Part shown: positions 18,201 through 26,802 of the stretch, piece after piece
Layout: every line of letters begins with the position of its first letter
How positions within the stretch are numbered: position 1 is the stretch's first letter
Assembly: GCA_964573625.1 (NCBI GenBank)
Contig: CAZNJU010000001.1
Location: 673,510 to 737,509, forward strand
Origin: Candidatus Woesearchaeota archaeon
GTDB lineage: Archaea > Nanobdellota > Nanobdellia > Pacearchaeales > GW2011-AR1
Direction: 5' to 3'
Length of the DNA: 64,000 bases
Notes under the pieces: model-generated
Database searches by the model: none
Told to the model about the DNA's origin: nothing
What the model saw: only the letters and a program-made list of their open reading frames with translations
Translations under genes and position numbers: made by a program

Positions 18201-19900
18201 CCATATTATATGCTCGATTTGGGTTTAACGTTGGCACGACAGACGTTGTTTCAATAATCAATAGTAGCGCCTCAGCAGGAGTCGACAGTGGTGTTAGCGG
18301 AACTCCGTCAAACTCAACATTTAGAGGCAATACGTTGAGCTATTATTCCAGAGGATACTCAATTACCGGAACGAACAATACATACGTAAATAACACAGTT
18401 TACGGAAATACACAAGGTTTCGAATCAGGAGGTACAGCAAGTCGTTATTATAATAATACGCTACTCTCTAACACAAACGGATTTAGAATAACCGTAGGAG
18501 ATATTATTGTAGAAGATAGCTATTTCTATAATAATACTTATGGTTTTCTTCTCACTACTGATTTAGATGTAAATATCTCAAGGACGATTATAAACTCCTC
18601 AAGATCAGACGGGATTGCAGCCCAATCATCAGCAACGACTGCTCGAATAAACTTAGTGAATGTATCCTTCATCAATACAACAGGCTATGATCTTAATATA
18701 TCTGGAACATACAATAATTCACGATTCAATGATACATCAATAAATAGATACATCTTCTCTTCTTCTGGAGGAATATATTCATTTAGTAAATCAGGAGCAG
18801 GTAATATCAAATTCCTTCAGAGCATCAATGGATCAGGAAGCAATCTGAGCTCAAACTTAAATATCTCTTTCAATCTCATCAACATCAATGTTACAAGCAA
18901 CCCTGGATTGAACAGGAGTGCAAACATCACGTTTTACAACATGCCTGGGACATTTGTCAATCCTCGAATATTCAAGGACGGTTCTAATTGTACTTCTTGC
19001 TACAATTTTACTTCCTTAAATGCTGCCACTGTAACGTTTAACGTAAGCAATTTTGGAAATAATTTCACCATTCGTGGAGACAACATAGGTCCAATCGTCA
19101 ATATCACGTATCCTGCAAACACATCATATTCTTCAGGACCCACGGAACTCAATTATACGTTAAATGATACTGACATCCAATCATGTTGGTACACATTAGA
19201 TAGTGGAGTCACAAATATAAGTCTAACTTGTGGTACAAATGTAACGGGCCTCACATCATCTACAGGGACAAATACTTGGCAAGTGTATGCCAATGATAGT
19301 CTAGGCAATACTAACTCAAGCAACGTAACGTTCTTTGTAACTACTTCTGGAGCGAGTGGAAGCAGTGGTGGCGGTGGCAGTAGTTCAAGTAGTGGCGCAG
19401 GCGAAGCGTCTGCGTATGAAATCCCTGATAGCGTTCTTACCGAAGGATATGCTGCGTATGTCTCAGTTGGAAGCATTCTTAAATTCACATTAAGAAATGA
19501 TAATCATAGCATCCGAGTAATTTCATTCACTGAGAAGAATGCAACAATTCTCATTCAATCTGATCCAATTACGGTAATTATTAACCGCGGAGAATCAAAA
19601 CAAGTAGACATTGATAAAGATGGAAAAGAAGATATTATGTTAAAATACGAGTCGGTAAGCAATGGTAAGTTATTTTTATCAGTTCAGAAAGTCCAAGCGG
19701 CAATCGAAAAAGTTGTTGATCGCGCATCGCCCCCGATAGATATCGCTACAAAAGGTTGTATAGAACCATCATGCCCTTCTTCTGCCAAAGGTTTACTTAT
19801 TGTAGTATTGATAGCATGTCTGACAGGAATAAGTTTCTTTATTGCCTGGTACAGTCGATTTAGATCAAAGAGAAGAGTTCTCATGGGATTTGAAAAATAA
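15224..19900 (+). CDS. giant (1558 aa) cell-surface glycoprotein with collagenase-type (M9-like) zinc metallopeptidase domain, Ig-like repeats, parallel beta-helix repeats and C-terminal TM anchor
   Basis: signal peptide; [11 protein letters not shown]...[21 protein letters not shown] (HEXXH plus downstream Glu, closely resembling the clostridial collagenase catalytic motif); very many NxS/T sequons; duplicated about 50-aa module; PbH1-like N.T..N repeats; G/S linker then TM plus RSKRR tail. Confidence 0.7.
   Translation: [1558 protein letters not shown]
17785..17860 (+). repeat. 76-nt core, copy 1, duplicated 1440 nt downstream with 2 mismatches (intragenic)
   Basis: aacttgtggtacaaatgtaac(a/g)ggcctcacatcatct(g/a)cagggacaaatacttggcaagtgtatgccaatgatagt; flanks are much more diverged. 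Confidence 0.85.
19225..19300 (+). repeat. 76-nt core, copy 2
   Basis: see copy 1; same reading frame. Confidence 0.85.
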
Positions 19901-19934
19901 CAAGCCTCTTAAAGTACATTTACGTGTATAATTC

Positions 19935-20774
19935 ATGAGAGTAAGATATTCATTTTCATCTAGAAGAACAAGACTAATTGATCCAAACAATAGTCATGCT
20001 ATCGCGTTTCCAAAGATCGTAAAGGAAGTAATTCGTATATCTGATGTTGTACTTGAAGTTCTTGATGCGCGATTTATAGAAAAAACACGTAATTTAGAAC
20101 TAGAAACACTGGTAAATGAAATGGGAAAGAAGCTGATTTATGTAATAAATAAGGCTGATTTGGCAGATCAAGAACAAATCCATTCAACGATAAAACAAAT
20201 TAATCTCTTTCCGTATGTTGTAATTTCATGCAAATCTCCTCAAGGTAGGAAGAACTTACGCGAGAGGATTAAAATTGAGATTAAACGTCTCCATGTAAGT
20301 CATGCAAAAGCACATGTAGGCATCATAGGGTATCCTAATACGGGAAAAAGCACACTCATCAACGTTTTAGCCGGAGGCGGACGTTCACGTGCTGCAGCTG
20401 AAGCAGGTTTTACCAAGGGAATGCATAAAATAAGATTTAGCAAAGATATACTTATAATTGATACGCCGGGAGTCATTGCTCCTGAAGACGCACCAGCTAC
20501 ACAGAAAGAGGATTTGCAAAAGACTGCTGAAGTAGGAGTTAAAATGTTCTCAAGCGTCAAAAACCCTGAAATTATCGTCGTTCATTTAATGAAAGACCAT
20601 GCCAAAATAATAGAGTCATTCTATAAAATCGAATCAATGGGTGATGCAGAAGTGTTGCTCGATGAGTTAGGGAAGCGCAACCATTTCCTAAAGAAAAAGG
20701 GTGTCATAGATCATGATCGTGCTGCGCGTCTTGTTCTCAAAGACTGGCAAACAGGAAAAATACGAAAAGCTTGA
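19935..20774 (+). CDS. circularly permuted GTPase, YlqF/RbgA family (ribosome biogenesis GTPase A-like)
   Basis: G4 (NKADL) precedes G1 (GYPNTGKST) and G3 (DTPG): permuted order typical of RbgA/YlqF. Confidence 0.75.
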   Translation: MRVRYSFSSRRTRLIDPNNSHAIAFPKIVKEVIRISDVVLEVLDARFIEKTRNLELETLVNEMGKKLIYVINKADLADQEQIHSTIKQINLFPYVVISCKSPQGRKNLRERIKIEIKRLHVSHAKAHVGIIGYPNTGKSTLINVLAGGGRSRAAAEAGFTKGMHKIRFSKDILIIDTPGVIAPEDAPATQKEDLQKTAEVGVKMFSSVKNPEIIVVHLMKDHAKIIESFYKIESMGDAEVLLDELGKRNHFLKKKGVIDHDRAARLVLKDWQTGKIRKA

Positions 20775-20791
20775 ATCGATACAAATGCTAA

Positions 20792-21328
20792 TTACTCAAG
20801 CCACGGATGAGCTTTTACAAAAGAGTGATGTCTCCACCAGGTGCCAAGTCCAATACGACGACCTGCGTGCACTAAAATAAACGAAACCATCAGAACAAGA
20901 TAAATAAGATGGTCATCAAGAAGAGGATTATTTTCTGGAGGAAATACCGCAGCCCACATCAAAAAGAGCATAACTGCTCCGGAAACGCTCGCGATATCAA
21001 CAAGTACTCCTAAGATGAGAGCAAGACCGATTCCTAGAAGTCCAAGCATAAATATCCAATCAACAAAAGCGTATCCTGCAAGTGATTTGAAAAATGGTGC
21101 AAGAGGACCACTTGTTGCAAACGTGAGAAATCCAGTCGTAGGACTTCCTCCTTGCAACCAGGCATTCTTACAAAGGAGTTGAATTCCTGCATCGGTATGA
21201 CATGTAGCATATCCTAACCCAATAAGTTTGTCAAAAAAAGCCCAAAGAAAAATAAGTCCCAGACAGATACGAAGCACAGCCCAAACATACGCTGTTGGTC
21301 GCGAAATAAAACGTCTCTCTTTAACCAC
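20792..21328 (-). CDS. DoxX-family membrane protein
   Basis: 178 aa, 4 TM, RI.LG..FLW.. N-terminal pattern. Confidence 0.55.
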   Translation of the reverse strand: MVKERRFISRPTAYVWAVLRICLGLIFLWAFFDKLIGLGYATCHTDAGIQLLCKNAWLQGGSPTTGFLTFATSGPLAPFFKSLAGYAFVDWIFMLGLLGIGLALILGVLVDIASVSGAVMLFLMWAAVFPPENNPLLDDHLIYLVLMVSFILVHAGRRIGLGTWWRHHSFVKAHPWLE

Positions 21329-21366
21329 GAAGAATATAGGAAAAGAACGCTTTTAAAGATTTAGTA

Positions 21367-21759
21367 TCAGGCTTCTGTCTTTCGTGCAAACAATGGCTTG
21401 TAATGACTCCACGTATGAACGATTACATACACTTGCAAAACAATTAAGATAGCCATCATCACAAAACTCATAAGACTAGGCGCAAGTATGATATTGAACA
21501 ACAACACGTTTACCATAATCGGCGTAAGAAGAGCCATGGAGAACGGAACCCACTGATTGAAGACAAGCATAAGCCCGATAAGCGTCTCGCAAATCCCTAC
21601 AAAAGGTATCATATATCCTGTAGCTCCAAGAGCGAGGAGAAAAGCCATTCCAGCACTAGGCAAGGTAGGTGAAGGTAACGGTAAGAACTTAGTCACTCCA
21701 AAGAAAATAAATGAAAGTCCCAGTAAAATGCGTACAATTGTGTATAATGTCTTCCCCAT
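21367..21759 (-). CDS. DoxX-like small membrane protein
   Basis: 130 aa, 4 TM, in tandem with 20792..21328. Confidence 0.45.
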   Translation of the reverse strand: MGKTLYTIVRILLGLSFIFFGVTKFLPLPSPTLPSAGMAFLLALGATGYMIPFVGICETLIGLMLVFNQWVPFSMALLTPIMVNVLLFNIILAPSLMSFVMMAILIVLQVYVIVHTWSHYKPLFARKTEA

Positions 21760-21798
21760 TTCAAAAATAAACTAATATGATTTATAAATCATTCGGTT

Positions 21799-22671
21799 TT
21801 ATGCGATTACACATGATAAAATCGCTGATTTACAGGCGCTAGAACAGCACGAATGCATTTCAACATCGCATTCAGGACAAATACATGTCCATTTATTACA
21901 AGTAGGATTTGGACAGTCACCACATAAGTCACACGGTTTATTGCAATGCATACAAGAGGTTATCGGCTTCGCATTCTGATCGATTCGTGAAGTCATTCGC
22001 TTATCAAAGACGAAGCAACTTCCTTCCCACACAGTATTAGGAAATTCCTGACAGAATGTAATGATCCCTCCATGAAGCTGACTCACATCTTTAAAACCTT
22101 GTTCAATCATGTATGCCGAAGCTTTCTCACACCGTATTCCTCCAGTACAATACATGACGATTTTCTTGTCTTTCTTGTCTTCCAGTTTTTTCACAAAATC
22201 AGGGAATTCTCTGAAGTTAGTAGTATCTGCGGTAACTGCTCCCTTGAACTTACCAACACGAGACTCATATACGTTCCTTGTGTCGAGAATAATCGTGTCC
22301 TTATCATCATAAACCTCGAGAAATTCCTTAGGCGTTAGGTATTTGCCTGTTTTGCTCATATCAAGTTGCTTGTCCATTCTGATAATCTCATTTTTTACCT
22401 TCACAATCATCCTATTGAACGGATGATGCGTCCCACGTTCTTCTTTAAACTGTATATCTGAGAAAAGGGCATCTTTGCGTAATTCTTCCTTATATTGTTC
22501 AATTTGTTCTTTAGTACCTGAAACTGATCCATTGAGACCCTCTGTAGCAACGAGTATGCGTCCCTTAATTCCAAGTTTTTTGCAAAAATCAAGATGGTTC
22601 GCACTCCAAGACTCAGGATTTTCTACCTGGGCAAACTTGTAAAATAAAAGTATGTGTACATCGCGTTCCAT
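21799..22671 (-). CDS. trhO: tRNA uridine(34) hydroxylase TrhO (UPF0176 rhodanese-domain protein) with Cys-rich C-terminal extension
   Basis: ILLFYKF...GIKGRILVATEGLNGSVSG N-domain; rhodanese Cys loop YCTGGIRCE; C-term CMHCNKPCDLCGDCPNPTCNKWTCICPEC. Confidence 0.8.
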   Translation of the reverse strand: MERDVHILLFYKFAQVENPESWSANHLDFCKKLGIKGRILVATEGLNGSVSGTKEQIEQYKEELRKDALFSDIQFKEERGTHHPFNRMIVKVKNEIIRMDKQLDMSKTGKYLTPKEFLEVYDDKDTIILDTRNVYESRVGKFKGAVTADTTNFREFPDFVKKLEDKKDKKIVMYCTGGIRCEKASAYMIEQGFKDVSQLHGGIITFCQEFPNTVWEGSCFVFDKRMTSRIDQNAKPITSCMHCNKPCDLCGDCPNPTCNKWTCICPECDVEMHSCCSSACKSAILSCVIA

Positions 22672-22817
22672 AGAAAAATATATCTGAGCCGTTTTTTAAA
22701 GGTATTGACAATCTAAAAAACTGAGCAAGAAGTGCTTATTACTTACTTGAAGGTACTGATTAATTATGACCTGTGCATCACATGGATGTTTAAAAGTAAA
22801 AGACACGTAAAGAAACT

Positions 22818-23108
22818 ATGACCTTTATTGAAGAAATAACCTCTTTCCTAGGAAAATCACTTAAGACTGCTGCTCAGGAACTCGAAAGAAATGCGCGTAG
22901 AAATGTCGAAGCACGCATGCATGCTTTTCAAAGGTTCGTTTTCAAACAAGTGTTTATAGGAATTTTCTTCGCAATAGCCTCTCTATGTATTTCACTTGCG
23001 CTAATTTTTGCGGGAATCGAATACTTGCATCTTACTAAAACCATTTCATTCCTAGCCGTAGGAGTCATTGCGCTACTCATAGCTGTACTGATAAAAACAC
23101 TAAACTAA
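22818..23108 (+). CDS. small membrane protein, hypothetical
   Basis: 96 aa, two TM helices. Confidence 0.4.
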   Translation: MTFIEEITSFLGKSLKTAAQELERNARRNVEARMHAFQRFVFKQVFIGIFFAIASLCISLALIFAGIEYLHLTKTISFLAVGVIALLIAVLIKTLN

Positions 23109-23114
23109 AAGGAG
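23109..23114 (+). promoter_or_regulatory. Shine-Dalgarno-like AGGAGG about 10 nt upstream of the 23125 start
   Basis: aaaAGGAGGttcaattaaATG. Confidence 0.45.
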
Positions 23115-23124
23115 GTTCAATTAA

Positions 23125-23364
23125 ATGGCACAAAGAAAAAACGAGGACAGAGGAATACGCGACCGAATAAGCAGTGCGTATGAAAATACTAAAGAACGAG
23201 TCGGAGAAGCTCGCGACAGAACAGACGAGTACTTACGCGACCATCCAATACAATCAATAGCTATAGCTGCAGGAGTTGGCGCAGCAGTTGCAATTGGAGT
23301 AAGTGCATTCATGCTTAGATCAAGAAAGAGATCTTTCTTAGACAAAATATTTGATATATTCTAA
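23125..23364 (+). CDS. DUF883 (YqjD/ElaB-like) C-tail-anchored membrane protein
   Basis: charged helical N-region plus single C-terminal TM (IAIAAGVGAAVAIGVSAFML). Confidence 0.5.
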   Translation: MAQRKNEDRGIRDRISSAYENTKERVGEARDRTDEYLRDHPIQSIAIAAGVGAAVAIGVSAFMLRSRKRSFLDKIFDIF

Positions 23365-23412
23365 TTATCGTATATCCGATAGGTTTAAATACATTCACGT
23401 ACTTGACAGAGT

Positions 23413-24000
23413 ATGGACTTTGAAAAAATAGTTATGTCGCGTCATGCGGCAAGAAAATTCGATGGTAAAAAGATAGATGAAGCTAAAGTTGAGAAACTTC
23501 TAGAGTTAATACGATATGCTCCTTCATCATATAACATTCAGCCATGGGCTATTAAAATAATTTCAGATCAGACTATCAAAGATAAATTAGCTCCTGCTGC
23601 ATGGAATCAGCCTCAAATCACTACCTGCTCACATCTTCTCGTCTTCTGTGCCAATACGGACATTGTGTCACATATTGACATGCTTGAGAATCAACTAAAG
23701 CAAGCAAATCTGCCTACGGAAGTAGTCGGAATGATGCGTAACTTCGAAAAAGGAATGAATCCTGACCAAAAGAGGAGCTGGGCTCAACGTCAAGTATATT
23801 TAGCGTTGGGAAACGCGCTTAATGGTGCTAAAGAACTAGGTTTTGACTCATGTCCTATGGAAGGATTTGATCCGAAAGCATTCGCAGAAATCCTCAATCT
23901 GCCCCAAAATATCATCCCTACCGCTCTCTGCACAATAGGATATACCTCAGATACTGTGCGTGCAAAGATGCGCCTGGATAAGAAAGATATACTTATTTAA
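23413..24000 (+). CDS. NAD(P)H nitroreductase family protein
   Basis: MSRHAARKFDGKKIDEAKVEKLLELIRYAPSSYNIQPW typical nitroreductase N-terminus. Confidence 0.8.
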   Translation: MDFEKIVMSRHAARKFDGKKIDEAKVEKLLELIRYAPSSYNIQPWAIKIISDQTIKDKLAPAAWNQPQITTCSHLLVFCANTDIVSHIDMLENQLKQANLPTEVVGMMRNFEKGMNPDQKRSWAQRQVYLALGNALNGAKELGFDSCPMEGFDPKAFAEILNLPQNIIPTALCTIGYTSDTVRAKMRLDKKDILI

Positions 24001-24022
24001 AACACGCTTTCCTCAAAAAAGT

Positions 24023-24241
24023 ATGAAAAAGATGACTTATTGGGACGTATTACGAACATACCATTCTCAATTATACAAATCAAAAATGTACTGGATGAGC
24101 GGCATTCTTATTTTTCTAGGTTTTGTAATGATGCTTGTCACGTTGCCTCGTGTCACATTGGGAAGTACTGTTTTCGCTTTAGGCATCATTCTCTTGTTTA
24201 CATCAAAAATAATTGTTCTCAATCAGCAAGTCAAAAATTAA
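24023..24241 (+). CDS. small membrane protein, hypothetical
   Basis: 72 aa from an internal Met of the track ORF; 2 TM. Confidence 0.3.
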   Translation: MKKMTYWDVLRTYHSQLYKSKMYWMSGILIFLGFVMMLVTLPRVTLGSTVFALGIILLFTSKIIVLNQQVKN

Positions 24242-24281
24242 GTTTCATAGAGTTTAAATAACCTAAAAAAATAAGAGTATC

Positions 24282-24689
24282 ATGAATAAATTTGGAGCAC
24301 TGATTATTGTTGTTATCGCTGCATTTGCACTTATTGGAGTTGCCAGATATACAGGTTATGCTGTTGCACCTATTACCGATCAACCTTCACCTTCGGTAAA
24401 TTCAAGCGGAGGCAATACACCTGCAAGCGTCCCTACAACACAACCGTCCTCTTCAATAACTTTAGCTGAATTAGCAAAACATAATTCAATGAACAGTTGC
24501 TGGGTCTCATACCAAGGGAATGTGTATGACATAACCTCATTCTTACCAGTACATCCGGGATCGCCCCAAGCTATTCTTCCATATTGCGGAACTGCCACGG
24601 AGTTTACTCAGGCATTCACTCAACAGCACGGAACTTCTCAGGTAAGGAAACTGAACAGTAAAGGAATCTTAATGGGTACTCTCGCATGA
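24282..24689 (+). CDS. membrane-anchored cytochrome-b5-like heme-binding domain protein
   Basis: N-terminal TM; HNSMNSCWVSYQGNVYDITSFLPVHPGSPQAILPYCGTATEFTQAFTQQHGTS matches the cyt-b5 family pattern; 4-nt overlap with downstream DoxX gene. Confidence 0.65.
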   Translation: MNKFGALIIVVIAAFALIGVARYTGYAVAPITDQPSPSVNSSGGNTPASVPTTQPSSSITLAELAKHNSMNSCWVSYQGNVYDITSFLPVHPGSPQAILPYCGTATEFTQAFTQQHGTSQVRKLNSKGILMGTLA

Positions 24690-25081
24690 AATCTGAAGAA
24701 TACGGCAAAATACTTCTAAGAATTTCATTATCGCTCGTATTTCTTTGGTTTGGATTTAATCAAATTTATGCTCCCGGAGAATGGATAGGATATGTACCCT
24801 CATTCCTTACATCATTTTTCTCAGCAAACACAATAATTTTATCAAATGGTATATTTGAAGTCGTACTAGGGCTTATGCTTCTGACAGGAATGTATGTACG
24901 CTTTTCAGCAGCTCTTCTCGGCCTGCATCTTATAAACATCTCCTTTTCTCTCGGGTTTTCAGCAGTAGCTGTGCGTGATTTCGGTCTTTCACTTGCGACA
25001 ATTGCTCTATTCCTGCAAGGCCCAGACGCCTGGTCTCTTGACGCATATTTTACGAGAAAGAAGAGTCAGCATAATTTATAA
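24686..25081 (+). CDS. DoxX-family 4-TM membrane protein
   Basis: paralog of 5847..6266. Confidence 0.55.
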   Translation: MKSEEYGKILLRISLSLVFLWFGFNQIYAPGEWIGYVPSFLTSFFSANTIILSNGIFEVVLGLMLLTGMYVRFSAALLGLHLINISFSLGFSAVAVRDFGLSLATIALFLQGPDAWSLDAYFTRKKSQHNL

Positions 25082-25102
25082 GAATCGAAAACCTCCTATA
25101 AC

Positions 25103-25708
25103 GTGGGTTACGCATTTGTCTATGAAGCATCTAATCATTACAAAATAAAAGTAGCTATAGGTCTTCTTCTTTTTCTTGCGCTCTTCCTCGGAGTAACCAT
25201 CATTGTATATACTGTTGCGACAAGCTACTCGAGTGAGCATTCGTTTCTCACTAGCTTCGTCTTGACTATTCAGAACGAAATTATCAATTTGACTCCTATT
25301 GGGCTATTCTATTCCTCATTTCTCGGAGGAATATTTATTGTGCCCTCAGCAGAAGAAATCGTTTTTTATCTCGCATTACTTAAAGGAAATCCCATAATTC
25401 TTAGCATTGTGCTTGTAAACCTAGGACATTATGCTTCACAAGTAGTCAATTATTTTCTTGGCCTCAAAATAGGGAAGCTCATCGTTCCATTAATTTCAAA
25501 AAGAAAAATATACAAAGCCCGTCGATTTGTAAACAAGTACGGCCAGTACGGCGTCTTTATATTTAACGTTACTCCGTTGCCTGCTCCTCTTCTAACCTTT
25601 GCATTAGGAATAACGCGCTACAACAAATACCGTCTATTCTTATTCACCATTGCCGGAACGATATTAAAATACGCGATTATTGCAGGAGTTTTCGTACTGA
25701 TCCACTAG
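25103..25708 (+). CDS. DedA/VTT-like membrane protein
   Basis: KYGQYGVFIFNVTPLPAPLLTFALGITRY resembles the DedA signature segment. Confidence 0.45.
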   Translation: MGYAFVYEASNHYKIKVAIGLLLFLALFLGVTIIVYTVATSYSSEHSFLTSFVLTIQNEIINLTPIGLFYSSFLGGIFIVPSAEEIVFYLALLKGNPIILSIVLVNLGHYASQVVNYFLGLKIGKLIVPLISKRKIYKARRFVNKYGQYGVFIFNVTPLPAPLLTFALGITRYNKYRLFLFTIAGTILKYAIIAGVFVLIH

Positions 25709-25738
25709 TTATTTATAGTGGAAAGTCTCTAAATCACT

Positions 25739-26221
25739 ATGATTGTATTACAGGAGGGTAAAGCGTCTTTCGACAACACTCTTGATACGTACGTTCTGCG
25801 TAACAAACGCGTTCTCTCAAAAAATGGTATTAAAGTCGGTCGTGTAAAACATGTTCAAATCAATCCTCTTTCAGCAAAGATAGAAGGTTTTGTTGTAAGT
25901 CTTGGACTATTTAGTCAGCCAATGTATATTGGAATTTCATACTGCGATCGAATGTCCGCCGATGGACTTATTCTAAGCATCGATCCAGTCACCTTCCTTA
26001 AAGGCAGAAAAGTAGTTGCTTCTACTGGAGAAGTAATTGGAACAGTTACTGCGATCAATCGTAAGGGTACAACGAATGAAATTGAATCACTTGAAGTGAG
26101 CGCATGGCTGCGGGGCACATATCCTGTTCCAAGATCAGCAATAAAATATCCTGGTCACTCAATAATTCTCAACAGCTCTTTCAATGCCCCTAAAAAGCAT
26201 CTCTTTAAGCGATCTAAATAA
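25739..26221 (+). CDS. PRC-barrel domain protein
   Basis: two PRC-barrel-like units (V.G..V......LGKV....ID). Confidence 0.45.
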   Translation: MIVLQEGKASFDNTLDTYVLRNKRVLSKNGIKVGRVKHVQINPLSAKIEGFVVSLGLFSQPMYIGISYCDRMSADGLILSIDPVTFLKGRKVVASTGEVIGTVTAINRKGTTNEIESLEVSAWLRGTYPVPRSAIKYPGHSIILNSSFNAPKKHLFKRSK

Positions 26222-26675
26222 AGCCATCACATCAGATGACATGCTTGGAAAAGATGTCATTGACGCAGAAGGCGTATTCATAGGTGTAGCTGAAAAAGCA
26301 TTCATCGACCCCGATACAATTGAATTTGTAGGTATTGCTGTTGACAAAGGATTTCTCAGGAAAGGGCTCGTTATAGGTAAAGAATACATTGAGCGTATCG
26401 CAGAGCATGCTATCTTTCTGAATATACGAATAGCCTATGAAATCCGAGGTATGCACGTCTTCGACGTCAATGGTAAAGAACTCGGCACCATCAAAGATCT
26501 CGTGCTAACATCCTCTGGAAAAGCAATCCAATCCATTCTTGTGAATTCTGGAACAAAACTCCCTCATAAAGAATACAACATTAGTGCCAAAGACATAGAA
26601 AACATCGGGTACACCGTCCGTCTAAACATTACCCAAGCGTATTTACTCGATAAAGCTAATAAAAGTCCTTCATAA
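26184..26675 (+). CDS. PRC-barrel domain protein
   Basis: tandem PRC-barrel-like units; overlaps the previous gene in another frame. Confidence 0.5.
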   Translation: MPLKSISLSDLNKAITSDDMLGKDVIDAEGVFIGVAEKAFIDPDTIEFVGIAVDKGFLRKGLVIGKEYIERIAEHAIFLNIRIAYEIRGMHVFDVNGKELGTIKDLVLTSSGKAIQSILVNSGTKLPHKEYNISAKDIENIGYTVRLNITQAYLLDKANKSPS

Positions 26676-26784
26676 CATTTATATACTCTCAAAAAGTCAG
26701 ATTCCTGTAAGATGAAGGAGTAAGAAGATCAGTTTCTAGTAAGTTTATGAGTTATACAAGTTTTAAGTTATGTTTATCGTGTGA

Positions 26785-26790
26785 AAGGAG
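26785..26790 (+). promoter_or_regulatory. Shine-Dalgarno-like AGGAGG upstream of 26803
   Basis: gtgaaAGGAGGatagtagaataATG. Confidence 0.45.
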
Positions 26791-26802
26791 GATAGTAGAA
26801 TA

